Assembly (NCBI GenBank): GCA_007692655.1
Contig: REBQ01000240.1
Span: forward strand, 10,727 to 74,726
DNA: 64,000 bases
Direction: 5' to 3'
Source of the DNA: Halomonas sp.
Lineage (GTDB): Bacteria; Pseudomonadota; Gammaproteobacteria; Pseudomonadales; Halomonadaceae
The position numbers and the translations under genes were made by a program. The notes below the pieces were generated by a model, which worked only from the letters and a program-made list of their open reading frames with translations, ran no database searches and was not told the DNA's origin. Shown here piece by piece: positions 40,893 through 50,455 of the stretch (positions are counted from its first letter, which is position 1; every line of letters starts with the position of its first letter).

Positions 40893-41744
40893 ATGCATCC
40901 AGTGATGCTTCTGCCCGATCACGCGGATACAAGCGAATTGCGCAAAGCGCTTTGGCATTTTCGCATTGGTCACCGCATTACCGACGAAGCTGATGGTCAA
41001 CTCATTTGGATTGCTGACCCGCGCCAGCGTGATGAACTCATTGCGCTGGTAGAGCGCTGGAAACGCGGTGAACCTTTGGTGCTTCAACAACCCATGAAGC
41101 GTTCACGCACTATGACCACCTCGTTGGCATCGCTTCGTCAAGTGCCCATCACGGCAATGATGATTGTGATTAGCCTAGCAGTGTTTGCGCTGATCGGCGT
41201 TTTTGGCGACTTGTTAATTGTTACCTTAACCATCGTGCCCATAGGCGTTGCTGGTGGCGAACTGGTGTATGGCACGCTCTATCAAACGGTGGCCTCCGGC
41301 CAGGTGTGGCGCCTGCTGTCGCCTGCCTTCCTGCACTTCGGCTGGATGCATTTGATTTTTAATCTGATGTGGGTTTGGTATTTCGGCAGACAAATTGAAG
41401 CGTTGCAGGGCAGTCGCACCATGTTTGTACTCCTTATGGTGGCCGGCATTGGTGCAAACGTTGCTCAATATATGACGGGTACTGTGCTATTTGGTGGGAT
41501 GTCTGGGGTTGTATACGCTTTGCTAGCCCACGTTTGGTTAATGTCACGGCGAGTACCACACAGCGGTTTCTTCGTGCCGCAAATGCTGGTGGTATTTATG
41601 CTGGGATGGTTGGTGTTTGCCATGACGGATATGGCAGGCAGCGTTGGTTTTGGTAATGTCGCCAATGAGGCGCATTTGGGAGGGCTGCTCGTGGGGCTAG
41701 TCACGGGCTGGTATTATTCATCACGCCGTTTGAAAAACCGTTAA
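40893..41744 (+). CDS. Rhomboid family serine protease (GlpG-like)
   Basis: WRLLSPAFLHFGWMHLIFN, GGMSGVVY (catalytic Ser), NEAHLGGL (catalytic His). Confidence 0.9.
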   Translation: MHPVMLLPDHADTSELRKALWHFRIGHRITDEADGQLIWIADPRQRDELIALVERWKRGEPLVLQQPMKRSRTMTTSLASLRQVPITAMMIVISLAVFALIGVFGDLLIVTLTIVPIGVAGGELVYGTLYQTVASGQVWRLLSPAFLHFGWMHLIFNLMWVWYFGRQIEALQGSRTMFVLLMVAGIGANVAQYMTGTVLFGGMSGVVYALLAHVWLMSRRVPHSGFFVPQMLVVFMLGWLVFAMTDMAGSVGFGNVANEAHLGGLLVGLVTGWYYSSRRLKNR

Positions 41745-41754
41745 GAGGCCTGCA

Positions 41755-42039
41755 ATGAGTGAAATGACATTCGAAAAAATGATCAATCAAATGACGCCAG
41801 CGATTTATGAGAGCCTCAAGCAGGCTGTATCGCTGCGCAAATGGCCTGACGGGCGTCGCTTAACGCCAGAGCAAACCGAACTCTGCTTGGAAGCGGTGAT
41901 GCGCTATGAAGCGGAGAATAATGTGCCAGAGGAAACCCGTGTGGGTTACCTAGAGCAGCGTACTTGCGGTGCTAACGCGAGCGGGGCCAATGTGTCACCA
42001 GAAATGGCCGGGTTAGCACGGGATGCCTCGAGTGACTGA
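41755..42039 (+). CDS. YeaC (DUF1315) family protein
   Basis: MTPAIYESLKQAVSLRKWPDGRRLTPEQTELCLEAV. Confidence 0.85.
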   Translation: MSEMTFEKMINQMTPAIYESLKQAVSLRKWPDGRRLTPEQTELCLEAVMRYEAENNVPEETRVGYLEQRTCGANASGANVSPEMAGLARDASSD

Positions 42040-42868
42040 AACCTTAGCACAAGGTTGTTTAAGCAAAATGGCGGCGACGCTACCTAGCCGCCAAGATGGG
42101 CAGGTGGTTTACCATTTACGCGCTGGGGAGCAACAGATTGCGCTTAATGAGCGTATTGGTGAGCCCCTTAGTCTGCGCTGGACGGGCGCTATTGCATGTA
42201 CACACTGCGGGCGGGCAACCAAAAAGAGCTTTGCCCAAGGTCATTGTTACCCGTGTTTCAAACGGCTAGCCCAGTGTGACACCTGCATCATGAAGCCGGA
42301 AACCTGTCATTTTTTTCAAGGCACCTGTCGCGAGCCAGAGTGGGGGGAGCGGCACTGCTTTCAACCGCATGTGGTGTATCTGGCAAACTCTTCGGGGCTG
42401 AAAGTCGGCATTACGCGCAAAACCCAAATGCCGACCCGCTGGTTGGATCAAGGTGCGATCCAAGCACTACCGATTCTGGAAGTGAATACGCGTCAACAGT
42501 CTGGTTTCGTTGAAATGCTGTTTAAAGAGCAGGTGGCAGACCGAACTAACTGGCGAACGATGCTGAAGGGCAGTGTTGAAAAGATAGATTTAATCGCTGA
42601 GCGCGATCGTTTACTGAGCGTATTGGCCGATGGTTTAAACCAGTTACGGGATACCCACGGCAGTGATGCTATTCGTACCCTAGAGGAGCCTGCGCAACAT
42701 TTTCACTACCCTGTCAGCGTCTTTCCAAATAAAGTGGTATCGCACAATTTTGATAAGCAGGCGCTGGTTGAGGGCGTACTGCTGGGCATTAAGGGGCAGT
42801 ATTTAATGTTTGATAACGGAGTAATTAATCTTCGTAAATTCACAGGTTACGAAATCCAACTGAGCTAA
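42023..42868 (+). CDS. DUF2797 family protein
   Basis: CTHCGRATKKSFAQGHCYPC...CDTCIMKPETCH...KVGITR...WLDQGA...GIKGQYL. Confidence 0.85.
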   Translation: MPRVTETLAQGCLSKMAATLPSRQDGQVVYHLRAGEQQIALNERIGEPLSLRWTGAIACTHCGRATKKSFAQGHCYPCFKRLAQCDTCIMKPETCHFFQGTCREPEWGERHCFQPHVVYLANSSGLKVGITRKTQMPTRWLDQGAIQALPILEVNTRQQSGFVEMLFKEQVADRTNWRTMLKGSVEKIDLIAERDRLLSVLADGLNQLRDTHGSDAIRTLEEPAQHFHYPVSVFPNKVVSHNFDKQALVEGVLLGIKGQYLMFDNGVINLRKFTGYEIQLS

Positions 42869-42946
42869 CGGCTAGTCATCGGGCGGCTATTTGGCTAAGG
42901 TTATGGAGTAGATAGTTCTCGCTCTAAGCAACGCAAGGAAGCCCCG

Positions 42947-43372
42947 ATGCCCTGGCTTAAACTGCTTCACATTGCCGCGCTAGTGATTTGGTGTGGTTCG
43001 CTGCTTTATCTTCCCGCTTTGCTCAGTCAGGCGCTCCAGCTGCGCAAAGACTCGGGTTTTGCCCAGGGCTCACCGCCCATGCCGCGTTTTTTTTATAACT
43101 CTATTGCCACCCCCGCCGCGTTAACAGCGATTGCATCGGGAACATTACTGTTCTTGCTTCACGGTTTATTGGGCGGATGGTTGATTTTTAAACTGGTGGC
43201 CGTCGTCGCCATGGTAGCTGCTCACGGAAGCTTTGGCTGGCTGATTTTGCGCTTGGAACTTGGCCATTACCGTTGGGTGAGGCCCGCCAACTGGCTAGCC
43301 CTATTCGTGGCGTTGGCGGGGATTATTGCTGTATTAGGATTCGTGCTGGCTAAGCCATTGGATTGGAGTTAG
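42947..43372 (+). CDS. CopD/HemJ-like (UPF0093) membrane protein
   Basis: LKLLHIAALVIW.GSLLYLP...WLIFKLVAVVAMVAAH; four TM helices. Confidence 0.75.
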   Translation: MPWLKLLHIAALVIWCGSLLYLPALLSQALQLRKDSGFAQGSPPMPRFFYNSIATPAALTAIASGTLLFLLHGLLGGWLIFKLVAVVAMVAAHGSFGWLILRLELGHYRWVRPANWLALFVALAGIIAVLGFVLAKPLDWS

Positions 43373-43383
43373 TGGTGAAGGAC

Positions 43384-43845
43384 TCAATCGTCGATATCGA
43401 CACCCACAGCGTGCTCGTACACCAGTTGACCACCCAGCCAGCCGGCCAGAGCAATCAAAGCGCCGGTGACCAGCGAGACGGTCAAGCCCCAAGGCATGAT
43501 GGCCGTGGGATCATTCACTCGCAGCAGCCAGTTAAACGATGCCAACGAGAGCATCACTACGGCGACAATAGCATGGCTCCAGCCGGTAATAAGACGGCGA
43601 ATACGTTTCACGGTTACCAAGTCAATAATGCCAGCAACGCTTGCGATCCAGCCACCAAAAGCACCGACACCTGCGAGCCACAGCCCAGTGCGAGACCAGA
43701 ACGGGTCGCTGGTATACCAAAAAGCCAAGTCGCTCGCCACCAGCGCCATCAAGGCCGCAACCGGAAAGTGAATCATCACGGGATGCAGTGGATGGCCAGC
43801 GAGAGACGCGCGGCTTTTAATCGAGCGTTGGAGAGATTTTGCCAT
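43384..43845 (-). CDS. DUF2231 family membrane protein
   Basis: GHPLHPVMIHFP...HAIVAV...GWLGGQLVYEHAVGV; RBS AGGAAG. Confidence 0.85.
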   Translation of the reverse strand: MAKSLQRSIKSRASLAGHPLHPVMIHFPVAALMALVASDLAFWYTSDPFWSRTGLWLAGVGAFGGWIASVAGIIDLVTVKRIRRLITGWSHAIVAVVMLSLASFNWLLRVNDPTAIMPWGLTVSLVTGALIALAGWLGGQLVYEHAVGVDIDD

Positions 43846-43881
43846 GGTCACTTCCTGTGGGCAGAAAAAGGGATTCAAGGA

Positions 43882-44952
43882 ATGAGGGAACGATACAAAC
43901 GACACGCTGCCCCGTTGAGTATTCAACGCTTAACCCGCCAGCGGGTCAACCAACTTGCCGCCCCATTAATGGTTATCGCGACGCTTTTTTTGACTGGATG
44001 CGCAGGCGATAAGTCCATTTTAGACCCTGCGGGCCAAGCTGCTCGTGACGTCGTATTAATTTGGTGGATTATGCTCGCTTTCGGCACGGTCGTGCTGGTG
44101 GTAGTGGTTGCGCTATGGCTATATGCATTCAAACGCAAACACGTTACGCGAACGGCGGTAGAGGAGCGGCGTATCGCGCGGCGCTGGATTGTGGGTGGCG
44201 GTATTATGCTGCCTGTATTAAGCATTACGGCGCTACTGGCGTTCGGCGTGCCTGCTGGGCAACGGATGTTGCCATTGCCGCTTAGTGAGCCGCCGGAAGT
44301 GATTGAAGTGATAGGCCACCAGTGGTGGTGGGAAGTGCGCTATCCAGGCGCTGAAGGCGGTGAAGTTGTCACCTCCAACCAATTGATTATGCCTGCTGGT
44401 GAACCGGTGGATTTTCATGTGACCGGTGCTGATGTTATTCACGCGTTCTGGGTGCCACGTTTGGGTGGCAAGATCGATATGATCCCTGGACGTGTGAACA
44501 GAATTCGCCTGGAAGCGGACGAACCTGGGGTGTTTGGCGCCCAATGCGCCGAGTTTTGCGGGGTGGGGCATGCCCATATGCATCTCTACGTAGAGGCCTT
44601 GGAGCGGGACGAATATGACGCTTGGCTGGCTGAGCGACAAACGGATCAGTTAGCGTCGTTAGCGGTTAATGACCAACAGCACGAACCTGCCAGGGAGGCA
44701 TTTATGACCCATTGTGCAAGCTGCCACCGGGTAGCAGGGCTTTCTGCCGGTGAGGTGGGCCCGGATCTTTCCGATCTTGGCAGTCGCACCAGCTTAGGTG
44801 CTGGTGTCATGCCGATGGAAGAGGGAGCCATTAATGATTGGCTGCACAATCATCAAACGCTGAAACCCAGCAACCTGATGCCCGTTCACGACGATATTGA
44901 TTCTGCCACCTTGGAGTCCCTGGGTGCTTGGCTGGAGACCTTGAGCCCATGA
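43882..44952 (+). CDS. coxB: Cytochrome c oxidase subunit II with fused cytochrome c (caa3 type), lipoprotein
   Basis: Lipobox LTGC; CuA ligands VIHAFW and CAEFCGVGHAHM; heme c motif CASCH. Alternative start at 43969. Confidence 0.9.
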   Translation: MRERYKRHAAPLSIQRLTRQRVNQLAAPLMVIATLFLTGCAGDKSILDPAGQAARDVVLIWWIMLAFGTVVLVVVVALWLYAFKRKHVTRTAVEERRIARRWIVGGGIMLPVLSITALLAFGVPAGQRMLPLPLSEPPEVIEVIGHQWWWEVRYPGAEGGEVVTSNQLIMPAGEPVDFHVTGADVIHAFWVPRLGGKIDMIPGRVNRIRLEADEPGVFGAQCAEFCGVGHAHMHLYVEALERDEYDAWLAERQTDQLASLAVNDQQHEPAREAFMTHCASCHRVAGLSAGEVGPDLSDLGSRTSLGAGVMPMEEGAINDWLHNHQTLKPSNLMPVHDDIDSATLESLGAWLETLSP

Positions 44953-47492
44953 CGACGATTAATCGCCAAGCCACTCCTCAGGAACCTCAGAACCCGAGAG
45001 ACCCGCAGGGGTTGCACGAAGATCTCCATGAAATATGGGGCAATCCCCGGGGGCTGAAAGCCCTCACTATTGTTAACCACACCACCCTTGGCCTTCGCTT
45101 TATGGTGACCGGGATGGTGTTTTTCTTGATCGGTGGAATTCTCGCCATGCTGGTACGCACCCAGCTGGCATTCCCCGACCAAGACTTCATGTCGCCAGAC
45201 ATTTATAACCAAGTCACCACCATGCACGGCACGGTGATGATGTTCCTATTTGCTATCCCGATGCTCGAAGGGTTAGCCATTTATATGATTCCCAAGATGA
45301 TCGGTGCCCGTGATCTGGTTTGCCCCCGGCTGACCTCGTTGGGGTACTGGTGCTACCTGTTTGGCGGGATTATTTTAATGTCGAGTTTGGTGCTGGAAAT
45401 GGCACCTAACAGCGGCTGGTTTATGTACACGCCGCTAAGCAGTAGCGAGTATGCGCCTGGTCTTGGCTCTGATTTCTGGCTGTTAGGGATTACCTTCGTT
45501 GAAATATCGGCGCTCTCTGCCGGGGTAGAGCTGGTGGTGTCGATACTGCGCACCCGTACCCAGGGCATGGCGCTGCATAAAATGCCGCTGTTTGCCTGGT
45601 ACATCCTGGCCATGGCGCTGATGATCGTGGTCGGTTTTCCACCGTTGATTCTGGGCAGTATCTTGCTTGAGCTTGAGCGTGCCGTGGGCATGCCATTTTT
45701 TGAAATTGCTGGCGGCGGCGATCCGATTCTTTGGCAACATCTATTCTGGTTGTTCGGTCACCCTGAGGTGTACATTATTTTTTTACCGGCAGCAGGCATT
45801 GTGTCAACGTTGATACCAGTATTCGCTGGCCGTCCGATTGTTGGCTATGGCTGGGTAGTGTTTGCCATTATCGTTACTGGCTTTATAAGTTTTGGCTTAT
45901 GGGTTCACCACATGTTTACGGTGGGGATTCCGCAACTGGCCCAAGCGTTCTTTTCGGCGGCCAGCATGTTGGTCGCAGTGCCTACGGCCATTCAGGTGTT
46001 TGTTTGGCTGGCCACGCTATGGCTGGGTAAGCCCAAAATGAAGCTGCCGATGCTGTGGATCATGGGGTTCTTAATTATCTTTGTGTGTGGCGGTTTGACC
46101 GGCGTCATGCTGGCGCTGGTGCCGTTTAACTGGCAGGTGCACGACACCCACTTTGTCGTCGCACACATGCACTATGTATTGGTGGGGGGGATGTTCTTCC
46201 CACTGATCGCCGGGCTGTATTACTGGCTGCCGCTATTTTCAGGCCGCATGCCCTCTGAGACGATCGGCAAATGGGGCTTCTGGCTCACCTTTCTGGGTTT
46301 TAATGGCACCTTCTTAATCATGCACTGGACGGGGCTGCTGGGTATGCCACGGCGTATCTACACCTACGACACAGGCATGGGCTGGGATATTTTTAACCTG
46401 CTCTCTTCCGTGAGTGGTTTTATTATGTCGGCAGGTATTGCCATGGTGCTGCTGGATATTGCACTGCACTTCCGCTTTGGTAAGCCCGCCAAACAAAACC
46501 CGTGGAATGCTGACACCCTCGAATGGGCCAACTTCATGCCACCGAGTGCCTATAACTTTGTCAGTCTCCCAAAAATTGAGACTCGCCATCCGTTATGGGA
46601 TGACCCGGATCTGCCGCGCACGATGGCCGAGGGCAAACATAGCCTGTCGGTAGCTAACCATGGACGACGGGAGATGTGGGGCACCGACCCCATAACGGGT
46701 AAAGTGCGCGAAATTATTCACCTGCCTGGCAACTCCTGGCTACCCCTATTTGCGGCTATGGCGCTGGCGGTGGTGTGTATTAGCCTGTTAGTACGTGTTT
46801 ACCCTTTGGCGGGTGTTTTCGTGATCGTGGCAGCGGTATTGCTGTTGCGCTGGTCATGGGAAAACGGCGCGCATCCGAAAGCTGCGCCTGACGCTGAGGT
46901 GGCGCCTGGGGATCCTCCGCTACACTCACGCACCATGGATGGCCCTGGTCTATGGGCCATGGCGATAGCGCTGCTCGCTAACGGGTCGTTTTTCTTATGT
47001 TACCTCTTTGGCTGGTTTTATCTGTGGACGGTCTCGCCTGAGTGGCGGATGCCTGAGACCTCTCCGCTTTCACTGATCGGCCTTGTGTTGGCAGGGCTTT
47101 TAGTGACCTTTGGTGCGGGCGTGTTGGAAAAGTGTGTGCGCGGTTTGCGCCAAAAACGTGATGCTGGGCTAGCGATTAGCATGTACAGCATTAGTGCCCT
47201 GGGCTTTGTGCAGGTGGCCATAACACTGTGGGTACTGCTAAGCGCAAATCTTGAGGTAACCGAGACCGCCCACGATGCGATCATGATGGTTGGCTTGGTG
47301 TATGCTCTGATACACGGTGGGTTAGGCGCCATCCTTACGCTGTTACAGGGTCTGCGAGTGGGCTATGGCTATGTAGGTGCCCACGCGCCTTTCGAACCAG
47401 CGGTGGTTGCCCAGCTGTGGCGCTATAACGTGGTGACATTCTGGGTGCTGGTCGGTGCACTTGCCGTGCTGCCTCGCGTCATAGGGAGTTAA
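44949..47492 (+). CDS. ctaD: Cytochrome c oxidase subunit I fused to a subunit III-like C-terminus
   Basis: TMHG, GHPEVY, WVHHM, HDTHFVVAHMHY, PRR; about 200 extra residues forming TM helices; ATGA overlap with coxB. Confidence 0.92.
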   Translation: MTTINRQATPQEPQNPRDPQGLHEDLHEIWGNPRGLKALTIVNHTTLGLRFMVTGMVFFLIGGILAMLVRTQLAFPDQDFMSPDIYNQVTTMHGTVMMFLFAIPMLEGLAIYMIPKMIGARDLVCPRLTSLGYWCYLFGGIILMSSLVLEMAPNSGWFMYTPLSSSEYAPGLGSDFWLLGITFVEISALSAGVELVVSILRTRTQGMALHKMPLFAWYILAMALMIVVGFPPLILGSILLELERAVGMPFFEIAGGGDPILWQHLFWLFGHPEVYIIFLPAAGIVSTLIPVFAGRPIVGYGWVVFAIIVTGFISFGLWVHHMFTVGIPQLAQAFFSAASMLVAVPTAIQVFVWLATLWLGKPKMKLPMLWIMGFLIIFVCGGLTGVMLALVPFNWQVHDTHFVVAHMHYVLVGGMFFPLIAGLYYWLPLFSGRMPSETIGKWGFWLTFLGFNGTFLIMHWTGLLGMPRRIYTYDTGMGWDIFNLLSSVSGFIMSAGIAMVLLDIALHFRFGKPAKQNPWNADTLEWANFMPPSAYNFVSLPKIETRHPLWDDPDLPRTMAEGKHSLSVANHGRREMWGTDPITGKVREIIHLPGNSWLPLFAAMALAVVCISLLVRVYPLAGVFVIVAAVLLLRWSWENGAHPKAAPDAEVAPGDPPLHSRTMDGPGLWAMAIALLANGSFFLCYLFGWFYLWTVSPEWRMPETSPLSLIGLVLAGLLVTFGAGVLEKCVRGLRQKRDAGLAISMYSISALGFVQVAITLWVLLSANLEVTETAHDAIMMVGLVYALIHGGLGAILTLLQGLRVGYGYVGAHAPFEPAVVAQLWRYNVVTFWVLVGALAVLPRVIGS

Positions 47493-47496
47493 GCTC

Positions 47497-47853
47497 ATGA
47501 CTTCTAACATCGAACGCTTGCACTTAACCCATCCGTTGCACTTTGTGATTGGCTTAACGCTTTGGTGCATTTGGTTTGTGGCGGTTTATGGGGGGCATGC
47601 GGTGGCCTGCGCGGTAGCACCACCTGCTCCCGAACAGGGTGTGTTTACGCTGGTTAATGCGATGCTGCTGATGGTTAGTCTCGCGGCGACGGTGCTACTG
47701 GCTGTACTAACGCTAGGCTGTTGCCGAGAGGCCAAGCGACACGAAGGGCGTCTTCGCTTTAATGCTGCAGTGTCTGCAGGACTCTACCTGTTTTCAACCC
47801 TTGGCGTGGTCTTTACCGCGTTACCTATCTTGGGCATTCCGCCTTGTCTGTAA
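47497..47853 (+). CDS. Small membrane protein of the oxidase operon
   Basis: 118 aa, three TM helices, WFVAVYGGHAVAC. Confidence 0.7.
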   Translation: MTSNIERLHLTHPLHFVIGLTLWCIWFVAVYGGHAVACAVAPPAPEQGVFTLVNAMLLMVSLAATVLLAVLTLGCCREAKRHEGRLRFNAAVSAGLYLFSTLGVVFTALPILGIPPCL

Positions 47854-50054
47854 GCGATACGCTTAACGCTCAGGATGAACAGCTATATACCCTCCATGGC
47901 ATGTGGTGCACCAGCTGCGCCCTCGCCGTGGAAGGGTCTCTCAAACGGCTGGAGGGGGTACGCGAGGTTAGCGTTCATTATCCAAGCGCTACCCTCTGTA
48001 TCAGCGGCACTCCGTCCGCCACCCAACTGACAAACCTTGCCCAGAACATTAAGCGCCTGGGTTATCGCCTTACTGAACTGGAGCCGGTGGCGGACGCCCA
48101 CGCGCGACTGGAAGAAGAGAGCCGTTATTTAACCCTGAGACTGATGGTTGGCTCGCTGTTCGGTATGTGGACAATGCTCGCTTCAATACTGATTTATGCA
48201 GGAGCGCTACCCAGTGAGCAGGTCGAGCTGGTAGTGGCCTGGGTATCGGGGGCGTTTTCCCTTCCCGTTGTACTCTTCGCAGGCGTGCCTTTTTATCGAG
48301 CCGGATGGCGCACACTGCTGGCCAAGCGGCCGGGGATGGATGTGCTGGTTAGTTTGGGTGTGTTGGGCGCAGTGTTCGTCTCGGTTGGGCTGTTATGGCG
48401 GGGCTCGGCTGAGGTGTATTTCGATACGGCGGTCATGCTTATCGTCCTGCTGCTAGTCGGCCGGCTGGTGGAAACCCTGTGTCGCCACCGTGGGCTAAAA
48501 GCATTGGATACGTTGTCACTGCCTGAGGTGAACATAACGGTTTGGCAAGATGACAACCGGGCAACAATTCCCGTGGGTGAGGTGGCCGTAGGCATGCGCA
48601 TTGAGCTTACACCAGGTGAGATAGTGGCACTGGATGGCACTCTTGTAGCTCCCGCCTGGATAGATACCGCATCGCTGACCGGTGAAAGTCTGCCGCGCTA
48701 CTTTAACGCAGGGCAGGCTGTATACGCCGGTTGCCGCTACCTTGGTGCAACGCCGCTGGTCATGCAGGTAAGTGCCGGAGTAGGTCAACGGCGGCTAGAC
48801 CGACTGTGTGAGGAGATGCGTCGTTATCAGGCGAAAAAGGGCGAGCTGCAGAAACTCGCTGACCGCTTTGCCGCTTGGCTCAGCCCCGCCGCACTGGTAC
48901 TGGCGCTGCTAACGCTACCGATGGCGCTATTGTTGGGGGTGGGCTGGGAAGATGCCTTTGTACGGGCACTTTCCGTATTAGTGGTGGCATGCCCCTGTGC
49001 AGTAGGGCTGGCGGTGCCACTGGCAAGCCTGGCGGGTAGCGGTCAGGCCATGCAGCAAGGAGTGGCGCTGCGCGATCCATCCGCCCTTGAAAGCTTGGCG
49101 AGGCTTCGCTCCGTCGCACTGGATAAAACAGGCACGCTTACCAACGGCCGCCATTCGGTGCTGCACTGGCAGGGGCGGGATGGCGTTGAACAAAGCGACT
49201 TACAGCGAAAGCTAAGCGCTGCGGTGGCGGGAAGCGAACATCCGTTGGCTCAAGCCTTGGTAGGCTGGTCGCGCAGTCAACGCAGTTCAGGCCATCATCC
49301 TAATGAGCATGTCCTCGAAGTCAACGAAGCGCCGGGTGAAGGGCGTCGCGTTCAATTAAGCGGCGGTGAGTGGCTGTCAGTGGGCAGCGAGGCTTGGCTT
49401 GCTCGTCAAGGGGTAGCGCTACCTGAGGCCATGGACGATGCTGTTTTCGCTTTTACTTCTCAGGTGATGCTAGCAGACGAAGCTGGCTGGCTAGCAACAT
49501 TCTACTTGGCTGACCAACCGGTAAGTGATGCCGCGGTAAGCGTCAATAACTTGATAAATTCAGGCTATGTGGTGGCGATGGTCAGCGGTGATCGACAGGG
49601 CGCGGTAAGTTGGTTGGGCGAACAGGTAGGGCTCAGTCGTGAAGCTTGCTATGCCCAGCGATCCCCGGAAGCCAAAGCGCGACTACTGCAGGGGCTGCCA
49701 TCGCCAACGCTCTATGTGGGCGATGGCTTAAACGATACCTTGAGCTTGGCTGCGGCAGATGTCGGTGTCGCGCCGTTAAGTGCCAGCGAAGCCGCTAGGC
49801 AAGGGGCTGCCGCGCAGCTCTTGACACCGGGAATTGGGGGAGTAGTGACACTGATCAGCGTTGCCAAACGCACCCGGCGCATTATGGTTCAAAACCTGTT
49901 TTTTTCAGCCCTCTACAACACCTTGGCGTTAGGGCTGGTGGTTATCATGGCAATACCACCGCTGATCGCCGTTCTCGCCATGGCGGCTAGTTCGTTGACG
50001 GTGACTCTTAACGCCGCAAGGCTGGCTTGGGCAGAACTGGATGACAATGGTTAA
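47844..50054 (+). CDS. P1B-type Cu(I) ATPase (CcoI/FixI-like)
   Basis: HMA motif GMWCTSC, TGES, CPC, DKTGT, SEHP, GDGLND, YN and MAASS; TTG start overlaps the upstream stop. Confidence 0.9.
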   Translation: MSVSDTLNAQDEQLYTLHGMWCTSCALAVEGSLKRLEGVREVSVHYPSATLCISGTPSATQLTNLAQNIKRLGYRLTELEPVADAHARLEEESRYLTLRLMVGSLFGMWTMLASILIYAGALPSEQVELVVAWVSGAFSLPVVLFAGVPFYRAGWRTLLAKRPGMDVLVSLGVLGAVFVSVGLLWRGSAEVYFDTAVMLIVLLLVGRLVETLCRHRGLKALDTLSLPEVNITVWQDDNRATIPVGEVAVGMRIELTPGEIVALDGTLVAPAWIDTASLTGESLPRYFNAGQAVYAGCRYLGATPLVMQVSAGVGQRRLDRLCEEMRRYQAKKGELQKLADRFAAWLSPAALVLALLTLPMALLLGVGWEDAFVRALSVLVVACPCAVGLAVPLASLAGSGQAMQQGVALRDPSALESLARLRSVALDKTGTLTNGRHSVLHWQGRDGVEQSDLQRKLSAAVAGSEHPLAQALVGWSRSQRSSGHHPNEHVLEVNEAPGEGRRVQLSGGEWLSVGSEAWLARQGVALPEAMDDAVFAFTSQVMLADEAGWLATFYLADQPVSDAAVSVNNLINSGYVVAMVSGDRQGAVSWLGEQVGLSREACYAQRSPEAKARLLQGLPSPTLYVGDGLNDTLSLAAADVGVAPLSASEAARQGAAAQLLTPGIGGVVTLISVAKRTRRIMVQNLFFSALYNTLALGLVVIMAIPPLIAVLAMAASSLTVTLNAARLAWAELDDNG

Positions 50055-50060
50055 GAAAAA

Positions 50061-50363
50061 TTAAACACTATAGCCGAGGGCCTGTTTAAGCCGCTCGGCA
50101 TGGTGTGCCACCCAGCGTGGGTCAATCGCACCCCAGTCACGAATTTGATAGCGGCCAATGTTATGGCGCTCACCTTCATCTTTACTAAATACGCACTCGA
50201 TATCCAACTCGGCAAGCGACGCAATTGTATCCTGGGCCGTGCGACGCGGCATACCGGTGGCTTCCATCAGCGCGGGCACACTGGCAACCCCTTGCTCAAT
50301 CAAATGCGCCACATACAGGCGGCGATAAAAACTCGATTTGGTTTTGCTGAGTGTGACGGGCAT
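50061..50363 (-). CDS. Small winged-helix HTH protein (HTH_43-like)
   Basis: KTKSSFYRRLYVAHLI...TGMPRRTAQDTI...YQIRDWGAI. Confidence 0.8.
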   Translation of the reverse strand: MPVTLSKTKSSFYRRLYVAHLIEQGVASVPALMEATGMPRRTAQDTIASLAELDIECVFSKDEGERHNIGRYQIRDWGAIDPRWVAHHAERLKQALGYSV

Positions 50364-50455
50364 GGATTGTCCTAGTATAAGGTGTAAAAGAAGATGTGAT
50401 TATCAACGCAGCTTAGCGTAACGTTCGCTTCTATACGAAAGCCTCCAACGGTCCC

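Noticed and set aside
43363-43881. Long N-terminal extension of coxB given by the ORF track (529 aa)
   Set aside because: It is the antisense shadow of the DUF2231 gene. The lipoprotein signal and RBS place the start at 43882 or 43969.
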